Source: Schmidtea nova (lineage: Eukaryota). From it: a DNA stretch of 64,000 nt. Position numbers and translations under genes: made by a program. The notes beneath the pieces are model-generated. The model searched no databases. It worked only from the letters and a program-made list of their open reading frames with translations, and was not told the DNA's origin. Location of the stretch: positions 278,690,001-278,754,000 of the forward strand of contig CM097882.1 of assembly GCA_044892505.1 (NCBI GenBank). The letters run 5' to 3'. This document shows, one piece after another, positions 22,248 through 34,444 of the stretch (the stretch's first letter is position 1; each line of letters opens with the position of its first letter).

Positions 22248-22548
22248 TATACATTTTGATTGTATAATAAATTGCGCAATCAATTAAAACTATGGAATTA
22301 TTTTTTAGTTTTTTGATTAAAATTTTTCTTATTTATTTTTTTTTTATAAGTTATTTTTANNNNNNNNNNNNNNNNNNNNNNNNNNNNNNNNNNNNNNNNN
22401 NNNNNNNNNNNNNNNNNNNNNNNNNNNNNNNNNNNNNNNNNNNNNNNNNNNNNNNNNNNNNNNNNNNNNNNNNNNNNNNNNNNNNNNNNNNNNNNNNNNN
22501 NNNNNNNNNNNNNNNNNNNNNNNNNNNNNNNNNNNNNNNNNNNNNNNN

Positions 22549-22591
22549 TTATTATTATTATTATCATAAGTTATTATTATTAATATTATAA

Positions 22592-22636
<45 letters not shown>

Positions 22637-22697
22637 ATTATAAGTTATTATTATTATAAGTTAATATTATTATAAGTTATTATTATTAATATTATAA

Positions 22698-22735
<38 letters not shown>

Positions 22736-22837
22736 TATTTTTATTATAATTATTATTATTATTATTAATATTATTATAAGTTATTATTAATATTAATGTT
22801 ATTTTTATTTTTATTATAATTATTATTAATATTATTA
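22549..22837. repeat. (TTA)n-rich low-complexity repeat between two assembly gaps
   Basis: Repeated TTATTA/TAAGTTATT units visible in the sequence. Confidence 0.9.
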
Positions 22838-23055
22838 NNNNNNNNNNNNNNNNNNNNNNNNNNNNNNNNNNNNNNNNNNNNNNNNNNNNNNNNNNNNNNN
22901 NNNNNNNNNNNNNNNNNNNNNNNNNNNNNNNNNNNNNNNNNNNNNNNNNNNNNNNNNNNNNNNNNNNNNNNNNNNNNNNNNNNNNNNNNNNNNNNNNNNN
23001 NNNNNNNNNNNNNNNNNNNNNNNNNNNNNNNNNNNNNNNNNNNNNNNNNNNNNNN

Positions 23056-23988
23056 CGATATATTTATAAATAAATTTTGGCTTTTTAATGTCTTTGTTTA
23101 TGTTGCACATGTGTTGCACGCATGTGTCTTTGTTTAGTTTGTATGTGTATTGCATGTGTATTGCAATGTCTTTGTTCATGTTGCACGCGTGTTGCAAAGT
23201 CCTTGCACGTGTGTTGCAATTTCTTTGTTAACTTGCACGCATGTTGCAAAGTCTTTGTTTAGTTTGACAGATAATAATAATAATTAAATAACAACAATAG
23301 TAGCAGAACATTTAGTATCAGAACCCTGGAAGCAGAACATTGCGATCAGAACCCTGGAAGCAGAACCCCTTCTGTGATGGTTTTGAAGTGCAAAAGCTTC
23401 ATACTTGACAAATAATAATTAATTAAACATGCACACATATAAAAATGTATTTGTTTATTTTGCACACCTGTTGCAAATATTTTTGACGACTCTAATTTTT
23501 AGTTATAAAAAAGTTGTGTTAAATTAAAATTTTTTGTAAAAAAATTTGGTGTTACAAAATTTGACTTGAAATAAAAAATTTATGTTAAAAAATTTGTGTT
23601 AAAAATTGTGTGTTAAAAAATTTGACTTGAAATAAAAAATTTATGTTAAAAAATTTGTGTTAAAAAATTAGTGTTAAAAAAAAAATTGTCTAAAAAAAAT
23701 TTGTCTAAAAAAAAAAATTTTGAAAAAAAAAAGTTTGGCGCGAAAAAAATTTTTGAAAAAAAAATGTGCCACGAAAAAAAATTTTGAAAAAAAAAATTTG
23801 GCGCGAAAAAAATTTTTGAAAAAAAATTTGACTCATCGATGACTCATAAAAAAAAAAAAATTTTATGACTCATCGATGACTCATCAAAAAAAAAAATTTC
23901 TACCCCCCGGGGGGGGGTCTTTGTTCTTTTTTTCCGCCCACGCATGAGTCATAATGTCTTTGTTCCCGGCTCCACACATCTACCTACT
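23056..23988 (-). repeat. Right terminal inverted repeat (inner boundary hidden in the N gap)
   Basis: Reverse complement of 10417-11312. Confidence 0.95.
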
Positions 23989-24516
23989 GAGATCATATGG
24001 TAAAAAGTTGAGGTTCTAGAGCATATGCGAGATGATCTAAATTAGAAAAAAGGGTAGTAAATCAATCGAAATGTCGATTTTCATTTCGGGTCAAAGTGCG
24101 ACTCGATGAGATTTAATCAGAATTTACAAACAAAAATACGTCATTACATTCTTGATGATACAGACGAAACAGCCACGATCACCCGATGAATAAATTCCGA
24201 TCGCATTAGAATGCGTCGGAAATCCAAATTAAATTAAACTAGTTTCTAAAAATAGACCGATCGTCGTATATGGCGCGGTTCCTCAAGTTATCCTCCGATC
24301 GCTGTATATAGCGCGGAAATCTTTATTAAATTCTATATGTCCTGAATGCTGTACATAGCACAGGATTAATTATGAACCCCTTATCTCGACCGTGGTAGAT
24401 CGCGGCGAGACAAATCAATATAACTATATTATTAAATTAAATTCGGTCGATTTTACATGTTAGTAGTAATTCTCTTACAATTTTTTCAATAAATCTTATG
24501 GTTTACATTCAATAAA

Positions 24517-25005
24517 ATGATACAGATGCCGATCGCCGAAATTTTAAACCAATTAGCTCAACTCCGGAATGTAGAACAAGAGAATACAGACAAGGGAACG
24601 ATCTCGCAACTCAAGGATCTACCGGCACCGATATTACGAACCCTCAACTGCCAGATGTACAAGTGGCGACATGGGTTTGGCCGAAAATGCCCGTTCTCGA
24701 TATGGACAGGAGGAAGTGACCAAGTACTTTACCGTGGAGGACCGAACTGGCCAATTACCCAAAGGCCTTATTCAAATAAGTTTGGCCGAATGATCATACT
24801 AATAAAGAACACCGATGGACGAACGAGCCGTATAATTTATTGGGGGCATATCCCTCGACGAGAACTATGTCAACTAGGCCTGCACGAATTCCTACCACGA
24901 AAACCGTTCGGCAAGGAATGCCAGAAAGGACAACCCTCATTCTCTTGGGCTCATCTTCGTCGGAGGCCGATTAACAGCGAATTACATAGCTTGTTTCGGA
25001 GATGA
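24517..25005 (+). CDS. 162-aa orphan ORF
   Basis: ATG-initiated, GC-richer than its surroundings; no recognised motif. Confidence 0.4.
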   Translation: MIQMPIAEILNQLAQLRNVEQENTDKGTISQLKDLPAPILRTLNCQMYKWRHGFGRKCPFSIWTGGSDQVLYRGGPNWPITQRPYSNKFGRMIILIKNTDGRTSRIIYWGHIPRRELCQLGLHEFLPRKPFGKECQKGQPSFSWAHLRRRPINSELHSLFRR

Positions 25006-25188
25006 AAACTGATTGACAAATGTTTAAATTGTGTTAAAATATTAATGTTCATTAGTGATTTTTGTTTTGAGTTTTCTTGTTTGGTATTATTAAGCCGGTC
25101 ACATTTTGAATTCTACTAAGCATGTATTCAGATTTTGAAATTTTCACATAACTTAACCATCAAGTGATTATCATAAATAAATTATAGA

Positions 25189-25785
25189 ATGACCACCGAT
25201 TTGGTACAAAGGGAGTTAGAAAAGATGTGGCGGATCCGGAGAGCCCAGGACAAGGAATTGGGTCTCCTCAAAGCACAATTGGTCAAAGCCGAGGCACAAG
25301 TTGCATACTTGCGAAAAAGCTGGTTTGCTCCAGCCAGAATGAAAGAGCAAATCAGTAAAACCGAACGCGCCCAACAGACTGCAGCCGATTACCAAATGGA
25401 ATGGGAGGCTACAAAGATAGAACTCCGAAAATGCCTCCATTCCGTAACTGCCTCATATATCGAGAAAGAACTCAGAGACCAAATCCGTCCCATTACGTAT
25501 CAGGAATGGACATCGGAGAAGAAAACCGTAAATTCCATTGGTACTGATGCCGCCGATCTAATCGAAAGCCAAAATGAGCCGGTTTCAGCAGTAATTCCAT
25601 CCACCTCAACGGCAAACGCGCACCAAAAACGCAAGCGCATTGGGCAGAAACGGCGAAGACAGAGGAAATTATTTGCCCAGCGATTACAGAGTCAAGTAGA
25701 TGGTCTACATCGGATGACCGAAGAAGAATTATTGACGGAGATTTTTCCTCCGGCTGGAGTTTTTACGGAATTAATTAAAACTTAA
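25189..25785 (+). CDS. 198-aa orphan coiled-coil protein with basic NLS-like stretch
   Basis: Helical heptad-like N-terminal half; HQKRKRIGQKRRRQRK; GC-richer than its flanks. Confidence 0.55.
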   Translation: MTTDLVQRELEKMWRIRRAQDKELGLLKAQLVKAEAQVAYLRKSWFAPARMKEQISKTERAQQTAADYQMEWEATKIELRKCLHSVTASYIEKELRDQIRPITYQEWTSEKKTVNSIGTDAADLIESQNEPVSAVIPSTSTANAHQKRKRIGQKRRRQRKLFAQRLQSQVDGLHRMTEEELLTEIFPPAGVFTELIKT

Positions 25786-28700
25786 ATAAAATTTTCGTGT
25801 TAATTTAAAATTGTTATCGTTCTTTTAAATGGATTCAGTAACTTGACAAATAATTATATAAATGGAGTATAAAAGTATAAATTCATAAAGGTAAATAAAT
25901 AATTAAGCGAACATTTGTTAAAACACTTCTTGCAGAATGAGCAAAGTTAAAGATAAAATTGCTGAAAGATTATTGTGGAATACCTAAGCGGATGATTAAA
26001 GCATAAGTCCTTCTAACGGCAGCAAGGAACCCGTAAACATAAATGGGGAGTAGTACTAGCGATAGTGCTCACCTGCCCATCATTGTTTAACCACCCTGCG
26101 CATCACCAACTTGATTATATAGGGAGATAATCAAGGGCGCTTGAGTGTAAAATTGCAATTTTATGTATGATCATGGATGAGGGAATCCCTAGTCGTTGTT
26201 AGAGCATTTTTCATCTAACCCCTCCATGAACCCAGCAATTATTTAGATATCTTCAACAATATCAAGTAAAATGTGATCGAGAACAAGAGGAAGTAAAATT
26301 GTATGTTTAATATCATATATCGAGTGATGAGCTGAAGTTCAGAGAGTATTATACGAGATGCGATCTCCGGAGCAAAGTTCGCGTAGAGTCTGAGATCGTG
26401 AACCTCATTATATTGAACTTTCAAATTCTTGTCCTCGATACATTAATAATGACACTTTTAATAGGGCCATAATTATGTTATAAATGACGACCGACAATGC
26501 AGTTTATTAGTGATCAATTCGAGTGACTTTCACATGTTTATAAATCATTAAGGAGTCGAAGATCCCCCAGCAAAAAAACTTTTACTTAAATTACCTACGT
26601 GAGTACCATTTAACTAGATATACACACCATCATCAAATTTACCATGTTGGCAATCTACGATAAATATTTCACGGATAACCTCGGGATTTCATTGTTTATA
26701 AGGATTAATGGCAATCAATTGAATCCTACAAAGAAAATCAATAGGCTATCAGTTGGTCAATAATAATGTCTACATAACTAAAACGAATGAAATAAATCTA
26801 TGTGGATTATATCCTAGTCGCAAAAGAAACCACTCACTTCAAGCTACATCGTTTCAACAGCAAACAACACTTAATTAATTAGTTTCATTTAATCACTGAA
26901 GGGACTGCTAAAATCTATATTACAATTGTGGAACTCAATATGAGAACTCAATATAGAAACCAAAATATAAAGTGAATCAGAAAAAAACGGAGGAAATGGG
27001 TCATTTATGAATATTGATGTTAACGATACCTCGATCGAAACACATTATTTTAATTGACGAATTATTTTTACCTAAGTGTGAACAAATTTCTAAAAATTCA
27101 CACATTATAAATAAAAAACCATTTAATATGAACAAATTGCTTGAGGATGAAAGTTTGTCCGGCTTACATCCGCCATATAAAACTCATACATAATACAAAG
27201 ATCGTCACCAAGCTAGTTCTTAGTAGTTATAGATTAACTTAAACAGTAGAAACCATATCTTATCGAACTTAACTCCCCATCAACCCTCCAGTGTCAGATC
27301 CAGTATCAAAAACTCTCACGTTAGAGCAAGCGCTTATTGAGGTAAAAAACGCGCTCCTACTTTTACCATAGACGAGAAGAATGTTCTATAAGTGCTGATT
27401 TCGCGTAATCGTAGGAGAAGAAGAATACTCGATTCTCGTGGAACACTACCAATTTCAATCAGACCCGAAGATATTCTTCATCAAACGAGAACCAACGGAA
27501 CCGGAATTGACTAAGTCGAATGTTGAGTTACAAGTCGCAAACAAATGGAAAAGACTAAGACAAATCCCAAACCCACCAGAATAAATAGAATAAACTCCGC
27601 CAAGAAAAAGAACAAGCCAGGAAAGCTTGCATAAAAAGGAAAAAAATATTATTACAAAAATACCAACAAAATCCGAATAATCGAACACTACTTTAGACTG
27701 ACAAGCTAGATTTTCGTAGTATCAATAAATATTTCCTTTCATTAACATCGTTTTCACTGAGTTATAATGTTTATTTTAAGAAAAAACATAGCAAACAATA
27801 GAACTTTGCTTTTAAGAATTTTACACACTATTGATAGTACGAGGATAATTCATAAAAATAAATGACTGATAAAATTTACAAAAGAGAACAATGTTTTTAA
27901 GTTAAATAAAAATATCTTTAAAATATTAGAAAAATAAATAAATGTATTTTATGGGTAATAAATATTGGAAAGACTAGTTTAAAAAAATAGTCAATTGATA
28001 CAACAAAAAAATTAACTTTGACGGGAACCCTTGTATATAGTAATTAAAAAAATTCAACTTTCAAATTAAAAAATTTTATAAGAGCATTTAAAATACTTCC
28101 GAAAATTTGAGTTCGTTTAAAATTGACCTAGAACGAAAAATCAAAATATTTTTTTTTCCAAAATAATACTGACAGCGGCTTGTCAAAAATTTTAAAAATA
28201 TATAAGTAGAAAATATTTTCATTAAATTATTAACATTATTTGTATGCTATCGGATAAACGAGAGCAAACCAAGTATCCTATTTTAAAGTTTTACACTCTC
28301 TACCAGCCATTCCCGACTTTACCTATTCCTGTTGCACTGTATCGATAGCCACACGACTACAACAAAGCAATTGAATGGAAACAAATGCAAACTGAATTGT
28401 AGATAATAAAATATAAACAATAAATAAATAATTGTACGTTGATTTTTAATAACATATTTTAAAATTATTTTGTAAAACGATTTAGTTTAACATTAATCAA
28501 CATCTATCAATTGTTATGGCAGTTAAATCAATACCCTTTACAATATTTTTATATATAGGTTATTACAAATTGAATTTAATTGCACTATTTACTTTAATTA
28601 ATCATTGGGGTTGGCCAGCCGAGATCTAAGATAATAATTTCCAAATTTAAAATAATTCATATTTTACATTGAAAGCCATGAATTTAATAAAAGTAAAATA

Positions 28701-30684
28701 ATCAATTTACAAATAAAGATATTATGAATATTAAAACACCTTATACCATATTGTATTTATATTTCAAACATAAAATAAATAAAGTTTGCTTACAATTATA
28801 AATCAATACTTGAAATTTGAATAATGTTCAAATTTTATAGGAATCTATTATTGATTATAAAAGTAAATTTTAATTTTTAAAAAATAATATTAGCTGCTAT
28901 TTAATATAAACACACATTTATTATTACTTTAACCAAATTCATTATTGTTTGAAAAATAAATACAATATTACAATGACTTTCTTTAGTTGTTTTAATATTC
29001 ACTTGACCTTTATTCTGACTGGTATTATTCAAATTCTTTACTGTTATTAATCCATATCAATTATGAGTTCTGACTTCCAGTGTAAACTATGGACCATTCT
29101 AACTTTGGAAAACATAGTTTTAGATTTCGGCCGACCAATCGCAATGGTTAATTAAATTATCAATTATTTATTATGACAAATGTTATAATTTAGATTTACT
29201 TTCATTCAGATAAATATTTCCCTCTGAATTTACCTAGCATTGGTGATTATTTTCATATGTTATACAATGTTATAACAACATTTTGCTTAGTTCAAGTAAA
29301 TACAATTTGATAAATTAAATATAAAATATTATAAACGTTATGAATTCATTTGGTATAATAAGTAACAGATATTAAGTGCTGATAAAAATATTTTTTTTTT
29401 CAAGCGTTAATTCTAATAAATTTAAATAAAAACTAATAAAAATTTATTAATTTCAAAGAGAGAAAACAAAGAACCAACTTGGAAATTAAAAATAGCATTC
29501 AAAATTACCATTATACAATTCTAAAATTCATACATATTGTTTCCTGATATCGATTCACAATAATAATAACAAAAATTTTTGCAGTATTCTGCTAACTTGG
29601 AAAATAATTAAAGTTGGCTGGCAAGTAAGAAGTTGAATTGATAATTTTAGCGTCGCATTTATACTGTTTTGTATGTTACACTCTTGCACAATGTTCTCGG
29701 CTTTCGTGTGCGGTGTTTTAAAATTTCTCTCACATGCAACATGAATTAAAAGAGTTTAATAACTTCAGTAATATAAAAAATACTTATAATAACAGTTTTT
29801 ATCTTTAACAAAACTGACATTAAATGGGAACTCATACGCCGCATTTCATACATTATGAGATTCTATAATATAAGATAAAAATTATTATAAATTGTAAACT
29901 TAAGTTGATGTTAAAATTTTACTTTACATATTTTAAGAGATTTATCATGTGATACACGAAATAGCATAAATTAAGGACCAGTTAGGCAACAATTAAGGTG
30001 TCTATAATAACAATTTGAATTATATATAGAAAACACTATACATATCTACTTCAGATAAGGACAAAAATAAAAAGTACAGTCATAAATTACGGGCCTATAC
30101 TATAGAAGAAAAGAAAAATAAATTAGGTAAAAAAACACACACAACACACAAAACCCTATAATAAACACACAAACTGTTTGTAACAAACACATGGACATAA
30201 ATTAAATGACAATCTTTAATTAAGGAATTTTAAAATTAAAAAATAAAATGATTTATGAAGACAATTTAGAAGTTTCGTCGGAATCAAGCATGCCATTCAT
30301 AGGAGAGAATCAAGGAGAAATGTAAATTTAAAAATATAGAAATTTAATAAAATTTTTTTTTGAAATGAAGAAAGTGAAGTTAATTTGCATCAACCAGTTG
30401 AACCTGTAGAAGGGAAACATGGAAAACGTAAAATAAATTAGAATTTTTAATTTTCAACTTAATTTTTAAAAGATATACAGAACATTACAAAACATTCCTA
30501 ATTGAAGTAATGGAACTGGGTGAAGATTTTTAAGAATTTGGCTGTCAAATGAGTTTTAAACCTTTAAGTATCCGAAACATAGAGTTGAGCTAAAAAAATT
30601 GGGCTTCTTACAATCAGCCTAATAAATGAAAAAAAAGGAACACAGTTATTGTCAAAATTTTTTTTAACGACTTAATTATTTCAG

Positions 30685-30728
<44 letters not shown>

Positions 30729-30962
30729 GATCCCGCTTAAGACGAACCTCTTGGGGAAGGGGGAAAAATTCGTATTAACCGAACTTTGTCTTAACCAAAT
30801 AATAGAGAAATGGTCACAAAAACCATTCAATTCATGCCTCTTGCAAATGCTATCATTACTAAACATAATAATACAATTTAAAGGGTCTATTATTAAAACT
30901 TTGACAAGTATAGTACAAACTGTGCATTCACAAACAAAATTGAAATACAAATTACATATCAG

Positions 30963-32103
30963 TCATGCATGAGAGACGCTGTTCCAGGATTCAACCAGTA
31001 GCATGATTGCATGGAAGAGAGAAAATTTGGAAGAGAAGTCCTGCACAGTCTCCCACAAATCGATCATATCCACAATGCGTTGAACCAGTTCTCGCCTATA
31101 AGTGCATTTCACAGCAGCTATAATACCTTGATCTAGAGGCTGCAGCTTGTTGGTTGTTTTGGGGGGGGGGCAGAAAGGCAACACGGATGTTAGACAGCTC
31201 CTGACCACTGGGATGGGCCGCAAAATTGTCAATGAACAGAAGAATATGTCTGTTCTGTCGATGGAAGTCTGCATTTATCATCTTCAGCCATTCTGAGAAT
31301 ATGGACGATGTCATCCAAGCCTTGCGGTTATGCCTGCATGAAAAGACAAAATCATTTCACAATTATAACCGTTACCTGTATATCACACTTTGGACTTTCA
31401 ATCCTTTGAAACAACGGGGTCTTTCGAACTTGCCAATAACCAGGGGCTTAAGGCGTTCTGTACCATCCATATTGCATCCGAACAAAACAGCAATTCGATC
31501 TTTGCTCCTTTTTCCACCATGGCATTTCTCACCACGAAAAGCAAACGTTCTGTAAGGTAGCATCTTCCAGAAAAGAGCTAATTCATCAGCGTTGAATACA
31601 TTTCTTGGTTGCATGCCAGCGAGCATTGTTGGAAGGATATTCTCCAACCACGCGTTAGTGTCACACTCCTGTACACTTCCTGATTCACCTGCGGCTTCTT
31701 TAAATATGATGTTGTAACGCTCCTTGAAGCGATGCAGCCATCCATTGTTACATTTGAAATCGGTGATCCCAAGGTCAATGGCAAGATTGTCAGCCTTTTT
31801 CTGTAGAATGGGGCCTGAGATAGGGATATTGGCTGTCCGTGCATTTTTGAACCACAAGAAAAGACATTCTGAAACATCGTCATGTTGGGCATATCGCATT
31901 CTTTTTCTCTTGCATGAGAATGTGGATGTGTTTACTGCCTCCATGATCTACTCCGTCTGCTTCAAGATCGTTGACAATGTGTTTGCGGGGATGTTGAACT
32001 CTGCAGCAATATCTTTCTTCTTATCTCCTTTATCAACTGCAGTTAAAATATAAAACTTCCTTTTCAATGGAATGGATATCTTACTATGATGCTTTTCAGT
32101 CAT
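30963..32103 (-). pseudogene. Tigger (CENP-B-like HTH plus DDE_1) transposase with a stop and frameshifts
   Basis: IAAEFNIPANTLSTILK; WFKNART...ISGPILQKKA; FKCNNGWLHRFKERY; VFNADELALFW; KLQPLDQGII. In-frame TAG before 31944. Confidence 0.92.
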
Positions 32104-32671
32104 TGTGTGTAAATCTGAATAAAAACATGAGAAAATGGAAAGAATAATGTTTTATCACTCTATTTCTTTTTTCAATTCACAATGTTACATGTACACAACA
32201 CCTTTTAAAGACCAAATTTAAAAACGTTACATTAATTTTCATGTTCAGGAATTTAGGACCATCACTGAAAAATTTATGTAAAAAATGAATTTAGGACCAT
32301 ATTCTCCACTGTTACCACTATGCCAAACTCATGTATAGGCAACATTGCATTCCAACAAATGCGCTATTTAATTTTTTTGGAATTACTTTAATTTGTCTTA
32401 CAGCAGCTTTAGAATTAATAATAACAGGACAATAAATCATTCTTACCTATACATATCCACGTAAACAGCGTTTTAAAATTTTCTAAAATTTTCCATTAAT
32501 TAAACAAATGATTATCTGTCCTACATATCGTTACTTCATGTTGTACTTTTAATTTTCTGCACTCACGTGAATGTAAAGGCACAGTCGTTCACCGCTATCA
32601 TGCGAAATATGACCATGAAGAGTAAAACAATATGCAGTTCTATGCAATAATTTTTTCATTTACCATACGTA

Positions 32672-32899
32672 CCGTATTTTTTGTCGTATAAGTCGCTACT
32701 TTTTTTTCGTTAAAAATACAAGTGCGAATGATATAAAGAAGCGACTTATATGATAATTTTTATATTTTTTCTAACCAAACCAACAAATGTCCAGCCAAAT
32801 TTCCAGAAGAAATAACAAATAATGACTTTTTAGAAAAAATCGAAAAATTAGGTTGGTGCGACTAATACCACAGTGCGACTTATACCCAGGAAAATACGG
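32672..32899. mobile_element. 228-bp Tc/pogo-type MITE nested in the Tigger element
   Basis: TIRs CCGTATTTT...TATAAGTCGC / GCGACTTATA...AAAATACGG; TA duplicated on both sides. Confidence 0.85.
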
Positions 32900-33219
32900 T
32901 ATTTCTTAATTTTTAATTTCATCATCTACAGTATATACAATACTGTATAAATTTTTCCACGATTTTTGTACAGTATGTTCTTCTTTTTCTTTTTTACTAA
33001 AGTCATAGAAATGGGAAAAGTTGACTTCGTCTTAAGAGGTTTTTTTGCCTCATGGGACCACAATTTTATTTCGTATTAACAGAAAATTCGTATTATCTAA
33101 CTTCATATTATCCGATTAATTTCCGCATTCTTTAAATAGAGGTAAATTGGGGGAACAGGAACTATTTCGTATTAACTAGAAATTTGTCTTATGAGAGTTC
33201 GTCTTAAGTGGGTCAACTG

Positions 33220-33294
<75 letters not shown>

Positions 33295-33312
33295 AATTTA
33301 TATTTAACTTAA

Positions 33313-33532
33313 CCCTCTAATGCCACAATTTTTTTCTATTTTCTCTTAAAAAATGCACTTCGAACTGATGCACTACTATAACGGACCGTTATACAAATTA
33401 AAAAAAAAGCTAATGCATAGCCTACTATTCGACTACAATGTGGCAAGGAAATTTTATGGATAACGGTTTAGATGTTCAGGCTATCATATTTTTGGGAAGG
33501 CCCGCCTTGAGGCGGATTTAGGTATTAGAGGG
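33313..33532. mobile_element. 220-bp piggyBac-type MITE
   Basis: TIRs CCCTCTAATGCC / GGTATTAGAGGG flanked by TTAA on both sides. Confidence 0.85.
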
Positions 33533-33894
33533 TTAAAATATTAAATAAATTTAAAATATGCAAAAATAACTTAAAAACATAGTTTAAAACTTAATACGTA
33601 GTTATTACTGACCAACTGCCTGTATTAAATGTCTCTGTGGTCCTTAATTACAGACTGTAGGCGTAGACAAAGTGGAAGCAAAAATAAATAATGCACATCA
33701 ACACACACACAGTAAAATGCATGCTAACTCGACATTTTACGCGATTAAGAGATCTATCATAAATTTATTTATTTTTGATCTAACTCTGTTTAACTCTTTG
33801 TTAATAAATCGAAAATAATTACTAAAAATATAATATAAAAATCTTATTATTATAAAATGAAAACTAATCATAAAATTTCAATTAAAATAAATTA

Positions 33895-34444
33895 CCGTAT
33901 TTTCCGCCAGATACCATGCGCGTTATTTATACAAAAAATATAAAAATCGAGTAAATGTGACTATGAGGGTTATTCGGTGGAAAAAAATTGTATTTTAAAA
34001 CGAACGTTATTTGGTTGTAATTGTTATGCTGTTCGTATAGTAATGGAAATTTACAACAATTCAACACATTTTAAAAACACTTGCAAACGTTCTTTTCATC
34101 ATATGGTAATTTAAATTATTTCCTAGCGAAAATAATTATCCAATTAAAATTACAATTTTTACCACGTAATTAAAGCATTTCCATATTATATAATTTCTCA
34201 CCCTTAAGATTGACAGTCCTAGAATTAGGGAGATCAAAACTAACCGAAACATCGTCCATGTTTCCGAAATGTTGACGATATACTTCACAAAGGTTTTCGT
34301 TGACGAACAATCTAAATTTCGCCACTTTTGCTTCCCGATTTAAGGGTAAATTTTGTCTGCGCGTTATGTATACACTTTTCAATTCGATAAAATTATTAAG
34401 ATGTTTGTTATCTTCTGGTGCGTGGTATCTGGCAGAAAACATTA
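33895..34444 (-). mobile_element. pogo-type internal-deletion derivative with a transposase fragment
   Basis: Inverted TTTTC(C/T)GCCAGATACCA(T/C)GC ends; fragment FGNMDDVSVSFDLPNSRTVNLKGEK resembles the pogo DDE motif GNMDET..FD....TV..KG.K. Confidence 0.7.

Larger units (their letters stand above)
10417..23988. mobile_element. Polinton/Maverick (adintovirus-like endogenous virus), ~13.6 kb as assembled
   Basis: TIRs start AGTAGGTAGATGTG and end CACATCTACCTACT; 6-bp TSD GAGATC at 10411-10416 and 23989-23994; pPolB, MCP, penton, PZ-like and protease genes inside. Confidence 0.97.
30724..33219 (-). mobile_element. Tigger/pogo DNA transposon inserted in a (TA)n tract
   Basis: Imperfect ~24-bp TIRs TAGTCGATCCCGCTTAAGACGAAC / GTTCGTCTTAAGTGGGTCAACTG; TA flanks. 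Confidence 0.9.

Noticed and set aside
22835-23197. ORFs spanning N gaps or TIR sequence (also 22292-22591, 44305-45063, 52574-53015, 62484-62798)
   Set aside because: Artefacts of translating through N runs and repeats.
25850-27760. GC-richer stretch possibly derived from a retroelement
   Set aside because: No recognisable motif, so it was left unclassified.
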